A program made the translations under genes and the position numbers. Under the pieces are notes generated by a model, which was given only the letters and a program-made list of their open reading frames with translations, was not told where the DNA came from and did not search any database. A stretch of 64,000 nucleotides of DNA from a virus, in the IMG/VR virus record IMGVR_UViG_3300025133_000085, positions 6,438 through 70,437 of that record; one strand, 5' to 3'. This document shows positions 35,302-45,900 of this stretch, one piece after another; position 1 is the stretch's first letter; every line of letters starts with the position of its first letter.

Positions 35302-36157
35302 TTTCCTTATCGAAAATCTCTTCTATGTGTGCGTCGGCAGGTAAGGAAAATCCCGCAGCCTTTTTGTGACCACCCCCGCCAAATTTCTTTGCTAGTTCGC
35401 TAACATCGATGGTATCATGAAACGACCGCAACGAAACTTTCGTCATACGATCGATGTGATCCCAGTACCATATCACCGCACAATCGCAATCGGGGGCTAA
35501 GCGGGCACCAATTTCAGACATCCAATGTGGGGAGTTAACGACTAGGACGTCCTTACCGTCGAGCCTTCTTGGTTGGGCACCTTCACTCACCTTCTTCACG
35601 ACAGTCTTCGAATACGCAAGAATGAACGAACCACGTTTCACAGCATCATCAAAAACTGAATCGTCTTCGAATTTTGAGTACTCTTCAAACTCAAACGGAA
35701 CCATGTCGAATGCCGCAGAAAACTCCTTACTATAAGGGAGCTCCCATTTCCACAAATCTCGATCTTCAATGTACTGAATGAATTTTGGTGCTTCTTTACC
35801 CGGGTGAAAGAAGTCCCAAGATAACATCGCACCGCTATGACCCATGTCGAACAGCGCGTTCGAAATATCGTGTAATTCCACCATCGCGGACTTGTGATGA
35901 TCGATTACTATGAGAGCTTCGGCGTCCTCGATCATTCGTTTGGTGGTCGCGTTATTAAAAGAGAAGTCAAGAATTACAACAACTTTCCCATTCACATCGG
36001 GCGGTGTTGTGCCGTGTTTACACGCATGATACTCCGCGCGGCTTCCCAAGAGCTTCCACGCGGCATACGCCGCGCCGAACCCATCATTACAATCCGCATG
36101 ATAAATTACACAATCAACTGATCCTGGTTTGACTACAGACATGATAACCCTATACAC
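35291..36157 (-). CDS. DHH/DHHA1 family phosphoesterase
   Basis: YHADCNDG, IDHH, DRDLW, SLRS, GGGGHKKAAGF. Confidence 0.88.
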   Translation of the reverse strand: MYRVIMSVVKPGSVDCVIYHADCNDGFGAAYAAWKLLGSRAEYHACKHGTTPPDVNGKVVVILDFSFNNATTKRMIEDAEALIVIDHHKSAMVELHDISNALFDMGHSGAMLSWDFFHPGKEAPKFIQYIEDRDLWKWELPYSKEFSAAFDMVPFEFEEYSKFEDDSVFDDAVKRGSFILAYSKTVVKKVSEGAQPRRLDGKDVLVVNSPHWMSEIGARLAPDCDCAVIWYWDHIDRMTKVSLRSFHDTIDVSELAKKFGGGGHKKAAGFSLPADAHIEEIFDKESDV

Positions 36158-36167
36158 TTTAGGCTAA

Positions 36168-36629
36168 TTAAATATCCTCGATTAACGCTATACTTTTCTC
36201 TGCTTTTTCGGCATTTTGATAAGCCTCATGTTCTTCGACGGTACTGTGACGCCCATAATCATCGTGAAACCGCACGACACCGTCGCTGTAAGTTCGATAG
36301 GCAATTTCCACTATCGTACTATCTTCTAGCGCCTTTATACGATAGGGACACCCAGACTGGATATTAATCGTGTCCCCAGGTAAAACTTGCATCGAATGAA
36401 ACTCATAGTGTTCCTGAGGGTGCTCGTTCGAATATGTTAGTAAAAGTTTACCGGACAATAAAAACAACGTCTCATCTTTGATCTTATTGTATTTTAGACT
36501 GTTACGACAATCTTTGTTAAGACGAAGAATCTTGCCCGATATCCTACCGGTTCCACCGGTGCTCCATTGGCGCTCCTCGCCCCATGGCTTCGAAACGTTC
36601 TTCGAACTTGTCACCCATATACTTTTCAT
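36168..36629 (-). CDS. cupin protein (mannose-6-phosphate isomerase-like)
   Basis: VSKPWGEE, SL.Y...KDET..LLSG, RFHDDYGR; some metal His residues appear substituted. Confidence 0.7.
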   Translation of the reverse strand: MKSIWVTSSKNVSKPWGEERQWSTGGTGRISGKILRLNKDCRNSLKYNKIKDETLFLLSGKLLLTYSNEHPQEHYEFHSMQVLPGDTINIQSGCPYRIKALEDSTIVEIAYRTYSDGVVRFHDDYGRHSTVEEHEAYQNAEKAEKSIALIEDI

Positions 36630-37633
36630 AGCAAGCCCCACCACTTCATCGTCGACTCGAGTCCCGCGGCAAACGATATTTGAGATCGAAATCCAAGTGT
36701 TTTCATCGCCAAAGCTGGATCGCCGAGAGTATGCATAACATCACCCGGACGCCATGGCGCATTCACCCTCTCGTAGGGTCCAGTGGCCTTCCAGATCATT
36801 CGTAAAATTTCATCATTAGTTACCGAATGGCCCGTACAAATGTTAAGGGATGCGCCCTTCAAGTCCTCTCCGTGCAACGCTGCCAAGATGTTGGCGGTGG
36901 CGATGTCATCAACATAAACCATGTCGCGGCTTTGTGACCCGTCACCATCAGAGCGTAACTGTTTTCCTGCTTTAAGTGCATTACACCATGCAGCGACTGC
37001 AGTCGCATATGCGCCCGTCCCATCGTGACCAGGACCGTACACGTTGAAATAACGTAACGAAACGGAATCAAGTCCATGAAACTTATGAAACATCGGCAAA
37101 AATCGATCGATCGTTAATTTTTGTAACGCGTAAGGAGACTCTGGCGCAGGTGTAGCCAATTCGTTTGTCGCGTGGTCGGAACCAGAATAGTGATCGCCAT
37201 ATACGGAACACGACGAAGAAAACACGAACCGACGAATGTTACCGACGCATGCGGCAAGAAGCGTGAGAGTTTTTGTAACGTTATTCTCCGTGGTACGTAC
37301 CGGATACTGGACGGAATACTCTACTCGTGGATCGGCGGCGAGATGAAAAACGTAATTGTAAAACCCTTGCGCGATCCTACTCAAGACGAGAGGGTGAGCG
37401 AAATCACCTTCGATAACCAGAACGTGGTTACCGTCAAGCTCTTCAATTTCGTCGGTATTTTGGTAAATACTAATCAGGTCCGCTGGTACAACCCGAAGTG
37501 GAGCGTTCGTCAGTTTCGATAGATCGCCACCTGACATGTCGTCCACCACATCGACTCGCACATCCTGTTCGCGAAGCTTCCTTACCAGCGCGCTCCCAAT
37601 AAACCCACACCCACCGGTAACCAAAACTCTCAT
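36626..37633 (-). CDS. NAD-dependent NDP-sugar epimerase/dehydratase
   Basis: VTGGCGFIGS, HLAA, SSSCSVYG, YALQK, LRYFNVYGP, RDMVYV. Confidence 0.92.
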   Translation of the reverse strand: MRVLVTGGCGFIGSALVRKLREQDVRVDVVDDMSGGDLSKLTNAPLRVVPADLISIYQNTDEIEELDGNHVLVIEGDFAHPLVLSRIAQGFYNYVFHLAADPRVEYSVQYPVRTTENNVTKTLTLLAACVGNIRRFVFSSSCSVYGDHYSGSDHATNELATPAPESPYALQKLTIDRFLPMFHKFHGLDSVSLRYFNVYGPGHDGTGAYATAVAAWCNALKAGKQLRSDGDGSQSRDMVYVDDIATANILAALHGEDLKGASLNICTGHSVTNDEILRMIWKATGPYERVNAPWRPGDVMHTLGDPALAMKTLGFRSQISFAAGLESTMKWWGLL

Positions 37634-38640
37634 CGGTTCTCTCCTAAAAGTAATTTGATTGGTCTAAGTTGCTCCGAAACACCATACATCAAACTTCTCA
37701 TTTTCTTTTTGTTCCCTAGCATGGCCATGCGATGGGCCGCTAGAATTTGTGCCCAATCGTACCAGTAGTCGTCCAGGTCCTTCGCCTCGGCCAGGATCTC
37801 GTCGACGTGGTCAACATGCTTGCAGGAACGAAGATGCGCTTCAATCACATACAACCTACGCGTACTGTTCTGCAAAGGCATCGGGCTCATAGGACCACGC
37901 GTGTAACTCAACAAGCTACTTTCGGCTACATTTCGTTTGTCAAGAATCTCGTCTAACATTTCGAAATGTCTCTCGTACACGTGAAGTGAATTTGAAACAT
38001 GGATGTACGTTCCTACGGGCACGCCTAGCTCGATCGCCATCAATTCCTGTAGAAATGTAAACGCAGGAACATCGTACGAAATTCCTAAAACAAGATCGCT
38101 CGAACGCATGTTTGCAACCATATCGAGCGCTCCGTTCCTAATAAAAAACTGAAGACCTATTGTACAGGGGACATCCTTCAATCCAATGATGCTGTCTTCG
38201 GGCGTTCGGATATGTAGAAACGCCCGTCGCGAATCCGGATCGTTCTCTAACTCGTTTTTTATGTATTCCCACTGGTTCAAATTTCCTTGTGCGATTCTCG
38301 GATGGGTCTTGAAAATCCTCGCCCCATACGCGCTGTTCGCAGTAGTACCATCATCACTGATGGCGTACCAAAACGGAGCGTAGTTCGCTATCCACTCCGT
38401 CTCATTATTTCCGCTAAAGTACCAAAGCGCCTCTGCGATCATGTACTGGATCTTAAACTTTCGGGCGGGGACGTAAGGAATCCTGTGTAGCGGATTTGTT
38501 ATCTCAAATCTTACGCCCAACTTCTCCTTAACCTTCATCCCACGAGGCGAGGAGATGTGATCATAATCATCGCGTAGCTCTTCCACTAGACTTAGGTACG
38601 CGCTGGTAAAATCCTTGAAACAACGAGTGGGTTTAGTCAT
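37630..38640 (-). CDS. thymidylate-synthase-family enzyme, dCMP-specific type (dCMP hydroxymethylase-like)
   Basis: DSRRA, DVPCT, MRSSDLVLGISYD (Asp at the E. coli TS Asn177 position, as in T4 gp42), SLHVY. Confidence 0.82.
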   Translation of the reverse strand: MTKPTRCFKDFTSAYLSLVEELRDDYDHISSPRGMKVKEKLGVRFEITNPLHRIPYVPARKFKIQYMIAEALWYFSGNNETEWIANYAPFWYAISDDGTTANSAYGARIFKTHPRIAQGNLNQWEYIKNELENDPDSRRAFLHIRTPEDSIIGLKDVPCTIGLQFFIRNGALDMVANMRSSDLVLGISYDVPAFTFLQELMAIELGVPVGTYIHVSNSLHVYERHFEMLDEILDKRNVAESSLLSYTRGPMSPMPLQNSTRRLYVIEAHLRSCKHVDHVDEILAEAKDLDDYWYDWAQILAAHRMAMLGNKKKMRSLMYGVSEQLRPIKLLLGENR

Positions 38641-39311
38641 TGTGATACACTCCCGACTAGATTTGATAACGATACCATTATCCTATCCCAACTCGATATG
38701 TTTTGAGCGGTACCCGAATATATCTCAATGGGTACAGAACGATGTCCATACACGGGATGCAAAAAGTGTTTCGTCAACAATACGAGATCAGGTATTAGCT
38801 CGTTAGCAACGTCGGACGCCCGCATGTAAACAACAACGCGATCTACCATGAAGTGAATCGCTAACGTACATGCAACGTCGATTGTCTTATCTTCAACACT
38901 TTCGAGATATCGCTTTCCGGGGTTTGCTAATCTCACAACGCATCGACGACAGCCAGAACTTCGCTCGAGTACGTCGCGGACATTCGTAAGTAACTCGTCC
39001 TTGGATAGTCCATTTTCCCGGCCACACGCGACAGAGTAGTTCGTTGTGTCCAGCTTGGCAGACGCTTCAAGCATATTACCCAACCCCCGTAAGCTTGGAC
39101 GAGAATCCACAAAAGCGATCAAGCTTCGAGGATCAACGTTGAGCGTTTCAAACATGCGCGACTTGACAGCGACGTAAGCCGCCATCGTCCTCCCACACTC
39201 CTCTTCTATCGCATTAACCTCGCAAACAGGAAACCTGGAAAGCCTTACGAGGTACGAATCGTTTTCTTCCAACGGAGGTTTGTACGCGTCTACGAAACCG
39301 TTATTCGTCAT
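38637..39311 (-). CDS. second, divergent thymidylate-synthase-fold protein
   Basis: CRRCVV, DVACTLAIHF, YMRASDVANELIPD align with the neighbour's motifs; the HxY motif is absent. Confidence 0.6.
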   Translation of the reverse strand: MTNNGFVDAYKPPLEENDSYLVRLSRFPVCEVNAIEEECGRTMAAYVAVKSRMFETLNVDPRSLIAFVDSRPSLRGLGNMLEASAKLDTTNYSVACGRENGLSKDELLTNVRDVLERSSGCRRCVVRLANPGKRYLESVEDKTIDVACTLAIHFMVDRVVVYMRASDVANELIPDLVLLTKHFLHPVYGHRSVPIEIYSGTAQNISSWDRIMVSLSNLVGSVSQ

Positions 39312-41187
39312 CGCCACCCCCCGAGTAATGATCACAAAGATAAAGAAGTGGTGGCTGTAACCCCAGATTTTTCGCTTTTCTAACCTGAAAGACGTAGCTG
39401 TCTAAAACGCTGTCGACGTTAAAAACAATCGGTCGACCGTGCGCGTTGAACGACGTGTTGATAAGGATCTTGCGACCCTCGACCTTATCAAAGATTCCCG
39501 ACATCACCGGATCATCGCTATTGACGAACTGCGGTCGACCCGAAAAACGACCGCTGTAATCACTCATCACAGGGTACGCGTGTGTTACACCATCATAATC
39601 CATGATCTCGCCCGATCCACCCAAGTAATCGTACGTGACAATCATGTAACGATCCGAACCGACAACCCTCTCGTAAAGCTCCGGCTCGAAATAGTTCGCG
39701 GCCTCGGAGGCAGGCATCACCGGTGCCATTGGCATGACGGTATCACGATCGTTCAACGTGTTGATTCTCTCTACATTCTTCTTCGTCGGTTTGGCTAGCG
39801 TCGTCGTCGAACACAGCGCTCGTGGACCAAACTCCATTGGGCCCGTGACTATGTTAACGATCTCGCCATTCGCTAACGAATTTGTTACCGCAGTTGTAAA
39901 GTCGTTACGATCGTCGAAGTGTTCGATGTAGTCTTTACACATATCGAAATCTTCCTGTGACATGACATCACGCCAACCGCTAAACGATTCGCGGGTTCCC
40001 CACTTAAGATCGCCGAACTTAAACTGACCGACGAAATACTCATACATACCGATGCCGCAACCCTGATCACCCGCGAGAGGAATCACGCTAAATAATCCTG
40101 GGATTTGCTTAAGCAGACGGTTGTTGAGCTTAACGTTGTAGAACACCCCGCCGGCGACCAGAAGGTGCTTAATCCCCAAGCCGGAGACCACTTTTACTAA
40201 CACGTTTTCCACGATCATCTGAACGAACGTGCCAACGATAACCCTTTTTTCCCGGGAATCGATGGAGTCGGGATCGATGTTTAGCGATGCCAAAACCTCG
40301 TCGAATCGCTTGTGCCACGTCTCACGCGCCATGGCCAAATCGTTCAAATCGATCATTCCCTCGCCAGTAGAGTTATGACTCGAGGGCTTCGCCATAATTA
40401 GGTCATTCCCTAAAAATGATTGGAACACCTCTGCTTCCTGTATGGCTGCGACTTCTCTCAGCTTTTCGCGAGTTTGTTCGTCGAGGGTTTCTCCAATGTG
40501 ACTCTCGTAACCCAAAAACTTATATTCGTCCTGGTTTTCCTTCATGCCGCAATACGACGTCGCGAATTGATACATGAGCCCCATCGAACGTTCGTAGCCC
40601 CACACTCGTCTAACGAGCCTAAGGTCACCGCCGGCTGCGATGCCAGACGCCGACATCTCGTAAACCGAAAGCACCTCCTGCCAGTTTCCGAAACCGTCCA
40701 CGACTACGACGTGTACCGTATCGTCTGTATCGACGAGCTCAAGGTTCTTCGTCGTAACCTTATCCCGAAAAAACGAAAGCGCTGACCAAGCGTGAGCATC
40801 ATGGTGAGTAAAGGACGGCACGCCGGTCACGGCGCTCGTAAGCCGTGACCGGCGTGACCCAGTAAGGAATTCTGAGCGGTGATCGGAAACGAACTCCGGA
40901 CGTAGGTCGTAACGCTCCACCAAGTCTTCAAAGTGTGTACGATCGAAGTACTTTCCATCCGGGATGGCTTGAGGCCCAAATACGTCGAACCAATGCGAAA
41001 CAAGTACGCGAGATCCGGGCGCTATTTCACACTGCTCTTCGATTAACTTAAGCGCCTTACGCGGGTAGTCGGAGGTCGCCTTCTTCCTATTAAGACGTTC
41101 TTCCTCGTAACCGATTGCCTTCGCCCCGTCGTAATAGATCACGCTAGCGTGATGACCCAAAGTAATCAAAAGCGCAGTATTAGTCAT
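39301..41187 (-). CDS. carbamoyltransferase (NodU/CmcH family)
   Basis: EEERLNR.K, HHDAHA, VVDGFG, EYKFLG, AGGVFYNVKLN, GDQG..IG, EFGPRAL, NTSFN.HG.PIV. Confidence 0.9.
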   Translation of the reverse strand: MTNTALLITLGHHASVIYYDGAKAIGYEEERLNRKKATSDYPRKALKLIEEQCEIAPGSRVLVSHWFDVFGPQAIPDGKYFDRTHFEDLVERYDLRPEFVSDHRSEFLTGSRRSRLTSAVTGVPSFTHHDAHAWSALSFFRDKVTTKNLELVDTDDTVHVVVVDGFGNWQEVLSVYEMSASGIAAGGDLRLVRRVWGYERSMGLMYQFATSYCGMKENQDEYKFLGYESHIGETLDEQTREKLREVAAIQEAEVFQSFLGNDLIMAKPSSHNSTGEGMIDLNDLAMARETWHKRFDEVLASLNIDPDSIDSREKRVIVGTFVQMIVENVLVKVVSGLGIKHLLVAGGVFYNVKLNNRLLKQIPGLFSVIPLAGDQGCGIGMYEYFVGQFKFGDLKWGTRESFSGWRDVMSQEDFDMCKDYIEHFDDRNDFTTAVTNSLANGEIVNIVTGPMEFGPRALCSTTTLAKPTKKNVERINTLNDRDTVMPMAPVMPASEAANYFEPELYERVVGSDRYMIVTYDYLGGSGEIMDYDGVTHAYPVMSDYSGRFSGRPQFVNSDDPVMSGIFDKVEGRKILINTSFNAHGRPIVFNVDSVLDSYVFQVRKAKNLGLQPPLLYLCDHYSGGGDDE

Positions 41188-42472
41188 GTATCACCTCATT
41201 TTGTAAATTCATTATATCAATAACATCCCTAATTTTCAATCCGTCTTCGTCGATTGGCGTACCACAAGGCTTACCCATTATCAACTTATCGTACTCGACG
41301 CCCCATGATGCAAGTTGTGATCGAGTCGTATCATAGAGCATGGCGTAAACCATGGCGGCATCATTGTTGTATCTTTTCATACCTCGCGCAGTATGAACGA
41401 TCACCTCGGCTCCCGAGCGATACACTCGATTTACGACTTCAACCGCCTCGCGTATGGGTTGCGCATTGTGATATTCCCCCCGAGTCTCGGTGCAAATTGT
41501 TCCGTCCAAGTCGAACACATAGCTTTGACGACCGATAGGTTTCACGGCCATATGTCTAGCGATAACTTGATCGGATGTTGTTTTCTCGATCATGGTCCAT
41601 TTCGAGTTCCAGTCATCCCAAAACCAGGCGACGTAATCCTTTCGCGCCGCCTTGGTGATACAAAACGATCCGCTAATCCTACAGTTCACCTCGAGTAACT
41701 TGGGAATACCCGCGGCGTCGAACTTAAACTGCGCGAACCATACGTGGGAAAGCTTAAGCTCCTCCGCGAGCTTCCTTACCAGAGACTCTATCGTGCCCTT
41801 GGCATCCGCGACAGATTTCCCGTATGCCGTGATACCATCGCGGATGCGCTCTCTAATGCGAACGTTGTAGTCTTTGAGGCGTCCGTGTCGATCCGAAACG
41901 CAATCCACGGTAAATTCCTGACCCGGTAGATACTCAGTAATGACGTGCGTATCCCATAACGGTGACTCCTGCGATGGTGCACCTAGCAGCTCTTGTGTTC
42001 CTTGTCCGGAGCTTCCGTAAAACGGTTTAGCGAAACAACGAACATTTGTCGCGTCGGCGTCGTTACGACTAAACACCAGTGGAGACATTCCAGGAAACTT
42101 CTTGTAGAGCACGTGCTTAAACAAACATGCCTCCAGCGAGCGTCGATCGGGTAAAATCGATACGCATCGTATACTTTCCGGAACATCATCCCAGTTATCG
42201 TATACGAACTTCATCATCTTACAGTTCGTGTATACGATGTCCGTAATACTTTTTTCTGTCACGATCTCTTCAACTCGAGCCAAAAATTTATGAGGCTCGT
42301 CAAAAGGCGATGGAACTTGCAGGATCCTCTTCGCTGTTAGATATGCGCGACCTGCATTCATCGTATCGTAATGACACCCCCATAAAGAATGCTTATTCGT
42401 TTTGGTTAGGCTCTTCACGAACTCGATCGAACTCTCATTACCAAATGTCATAAGTAGAATTCTTCTGTTCAT
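41180..42472 (-). CDS. ATP-grasp enzyme fused to a HAD phosphatase
   Basis: FAKPFYGSSG.G, EYLPGQEFTVD, LLEVNCRISG; C-terminal FDLDGTIC, HTARG, MGKP, IDED. Confidence 0.8.
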   Translation of the reverse strand: MNRRILLMTFGNESSIEFVKSLTKTNKHSLWGCHYDTMNAGRAYLTAKRILQVPSPFDEPHKFLARVEEIVTEKSITDIVYTNCKMMKFVYDNWDDVPESIRCVSILPDRRSLEACLFKHVLYKKFPGMSPLVFSRNDADATNVRCFAKPFYGSSGQGTQELLGAPSQESPLWDTHVITEYLPGQEFTVDCVSDRHGRLKDYNVRIRERIRDGITAYGKSVADAKGTIESLVRKLAEELKLSHVWFAQFKFDAAGIPKLLEVNCRISGSFCITKAARKDYVAWFWDDWNSKWTMIEKTTSDQVIARHMAVKPIGRQSYVFDLDGTICTETRGEYHNAQPIREAVEVVNRVYRSGAEVIVHTARGMKRYNNDAAMVYAMLYDTTRSQLASWGVEYDKLIMGKPCGTPIDEDGLKIRDVIDIMNLQNEVIHD

Positions 42473-42963
42473 CGAATTGTTCCCTCTAACCTTCTAAGCA
42501 AGGCGCTAACTTCACTATCATCTTCAGGGTTTAATCTAACCTTGAACATATGCGCTTTATCAAACGCTTGCTCAAATAGGCGTTTAATCGCTTCGTTTTG
42601 TTCACGTGTGACAGTCTCATCACGATCCAACCATTCGGCGTCTCGTCGACACAAAACCAACAAATATCCCAGTTCCCTAAACTTATTTTCGATTTTATGC
42701 CTTATTTCGGGCGTGATGTTTCCTCGCTGGAAATATTCGCCGTAAGCGATCTCGGATAGGTAACTTCGATCGAAAACGTAACCTAACGGTGATCTATCAA
42801 TATCATAAAAGTAACTGGCGAAATAGTCGAACTTGTCATCAACGAAACCGTATCGCTTATGCATGTGAATGATTTTTAGGCCAGTCTCTTTAGCAATGCG
42901 ATCACACAACGTCGACTTACCAGACTGCTCGGCGCCCTCAACTATTACACCACGAAAAAACAC
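42469..42963 (-). CDS. deoxynucleoside monophosphate kinase (thymidylate kinase-like)
   Basis: IVEGAEQSGKST P-loop; FDRSYLSE..YG. Confidence 0.8.
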   Translation of the reverse strand: MFFRGVIVEGAEQSGKSTLCDRIAKETGLKIIHMHKRYGFVDDKFDYFASYFYDIDRSPLGYVFDRSYLSEIAYGEYFQRGNITPEIRHKIENKFRELGYLLVLCRRDAEWLDRDETVTREQNEAIKRLFEQAFDKAHMFKVRLNPEDDSEVSALLRRLEGTIR

Positions 42964-45900
42964 TATGCCCCCAACGATCGATACTTCATACGCTTCCACT
43001 TCGTTGCCGTACCGAAATCATTCGTTTTAGCTTCCGAGTAAGCGAATGAGTATGGAGGCACGTTTGTCTGACCGTCCCACCCCCAACAAAACATTCGTCT
43101 TTGCATACCAGACTCGCCAATGACTTCTAGTAGCAAGTAAGGACTACCACGCTTGGTTTTTTTCGGTGTAGCCTTACATACGATGAACCAGTAAACGTCA
43201 TTCTCCGTCGTCACGTCATCAATGGACATAATTCCTTTTTCGCGTAATCTTTCGATTAGCGCGGGTTTGACTATGTCTAACGCGCTAAATGCCCCGAAAA
43301 GACCGGTGTAATTCGTCGCGATCTCGGCCGGCGTCCACCCCGGAGAGTCCTTGGCTTCGAGACTTGCTTCTCGTAACACACGTTGCGCAAACCCGGGGTC
43401 GGTCTTCTTGCGCTTACGCAGGTCCGCGTAGTTATCGATTACAACGTCATAAAACTGTCGGTAGTTTTCGAACACGCAATCCTGACCAACGACGCCCAAC
43501 GAATCAAACGCCCGCGCCTTGATAAGCGCGGCCATGGCACCCTTGTTGAATTTCTTATGTTTCCACGTGCCATCCTCATTCCACAGTAGATCTTCAATGC
43601 ACGTATACGGTCGACTCGCAACTATCTCACGTGCAGCCGCGGTGCCCACCGCCTTACACGCCAAGAAGGATGGCATAAACTTCTTACCGGGTAAGATAGT
43701 CCAGGACGTCGACGCGTAATTGACATCAATCGGTACAACTTCGTAACCCAAACCCTTAAGCTCGCCAATCGCCTTAGCTCGTTTTTTAGGGTTACTGGAC
43801 GAAGCCTCGAGGTAGGCACACAACCATTCTTCCTCGTAGTGAGTCAGAAGCCAAGCGCAATAATATGAATCGACAGCATACGAAACAGCGTGAGCCTTGT
43901 TGAACCCGTAACCAGCAAAGTAAAGAATCTTTTCGTACAGATCACTCGCGATCTTTCTGGGTACGCCGTTACTCACCGATCCCCCCACGAATCGCTTCTG
44001 GAGCTTTCTCGCAGACTCGAGATTGGCCTCTTTCTCGGACGCCTTACGCTTAAGCAACCCGCGACGAACCTGATCGGTATCTTCCTCGGGGAAACCAGCG
44101 ACCACGGAACACAGTTGCATGATCTGCTCTTGGAAAATAATCATACCATACGTCGATTCTAGAACCTCTTTGATAAGAGGGTGACCATAATCGACTTGGT
44201 CGGGATTACTCTTCGCCGTGATATACAACTTATCGACCTTCGCGGCCAGGGGACCCGGACGATAAACGGAGGTAAGCGTCGCGATGTCGATGATATTTTT
44301 TGGTTGCGCCTTCATGAACAACCGACGCGCGCCTCTACCCGCCAACTGAAAGACTCCTGGGAAACGACCTTCTTCGTACACGTTTTTGTAAACGCGTTGA
44401 TCGTTCATGTCGATGATTTTGGGATCCATGTGTTTATCGAACCAGTCGCGCACTTGTTCGAACGTAGGGTTCTCGATACCTTCCTTGCGTTGTAAAACGA
44501 GTTCGATAGTACGCTGAATGATCCGTAGCGTTTCGAGCCCAAGCAAATCAAACTTAATCCACCCTAGCGACTCGAGGTGCTTATAGTTCATACCCTCCAC
44601 CCAGGGGGTTTGCATCTCGCCTTTCGCGCGAATGAGTGGCATACGCTCGGCTATACGTTCGGAAATGATGCAACCACCCGCGTGCTTACCAAGCGACTTG
44701 TTTTGCTTAAAGAGAATCTGGATTGGTCCCGCCACCTCAGGATACTTGTCGATGAACGCCCTAAACGTTGGCGAATGTTTATAAGCATCCTCGTACAACA
44801 AGACAAACATGTTTTTGTCCATGCCTCGCGTAAAGATAGCTTTCTTAACGTCGTTTTCAACGGGCGCCAACGCCCGGTTTGCCTCATCGAACGGGATACC
44901 GTAGAAACGAGAAATGTCTTTCACAAGACTTTTGAGTTTAAACGTGTTGTAGTTCGAGATCGGTACGATGTTTTCACCGCCGAATTCTTGCTTCAAAAGA
45001 TCGATGAGATGATCTCTATCGGCGACATCCGAATCGATGTCCGGTGCGCCCTGGCGATGGACGCTTAAGAATCTGCTAAAGAGCAAACCATACTCAATGG
45101 GATCGATGTTCGTGATCCCCAACACGTATGCGACCAAGGAACCCGCTGCGGAACCTCGACCGGGACCGATGAGCATGTTATCACGGGCGATATCCATGAT
45201 CGCCTTCATTGTCAAGAAGTACTTCGAAAAAGATTTTTGCTTGATGATCACTAGCTCGGTCTTCAATCGATCGATGTATTGTGGATCCTTGTGAAGCCCC
45301 CGCTCGACAAGACCACGCTTACACGCCTCCAGCAACGCGTCGTCTTCAGTCATGTTTTCCGGAACAACGTAGTCCGGAAGTTTCATGCTGGTGTCTGGAT
45401 GTATGTCACCAATCATGTGGTGTGCGATATCGTAAGTTCTTTCGACGGCGTCGCAAACGACTGCGTCGTCATAAAAATCGTAATTGTGCTTTTGATCTTG
45501 ATAAGTTTCCCAAATCTGCTTTGCGTTCTTCGGGTAAAGCTCACACTTTAAATCATCACGCGAAGTAGGAAGTTTATCTGGATCCATATCACGATAGTTC
45601 AACCACCCCAGGTTCTTGTAAATCTCCCGTTCACGCCAGTGCTCCGGTCTGGAATAATGGCTATCACACGTTACAATGAGTTTATCTTCGACCCCATTTT
45701 GCTTGGCGAAATCAAGAAGTGCTCGATTGACAAGATGCTGAGCTGGGAGTCGGTTAAACTGTAGTTCTAGAAACGCCGCGTCCGGACCGACGGCATTCGT
45801 CAAACGGTCGTAAACGTTTCCGATCCCGCGAAGAACCTTTTCACTCAGGCCCGGGGTATCGTATAGATTCGCGCTTAGGTGATCAAACTCGACGTTCTGT

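Noticed and set aside
37630-38640. Ordinary thymidylate synthase (thyA)
   Set aside because: The specificity residue is Asp rather than Asn, and the context (dCTPase-like gene, kinase, carbamoyltransferase) fits dCMP modification.
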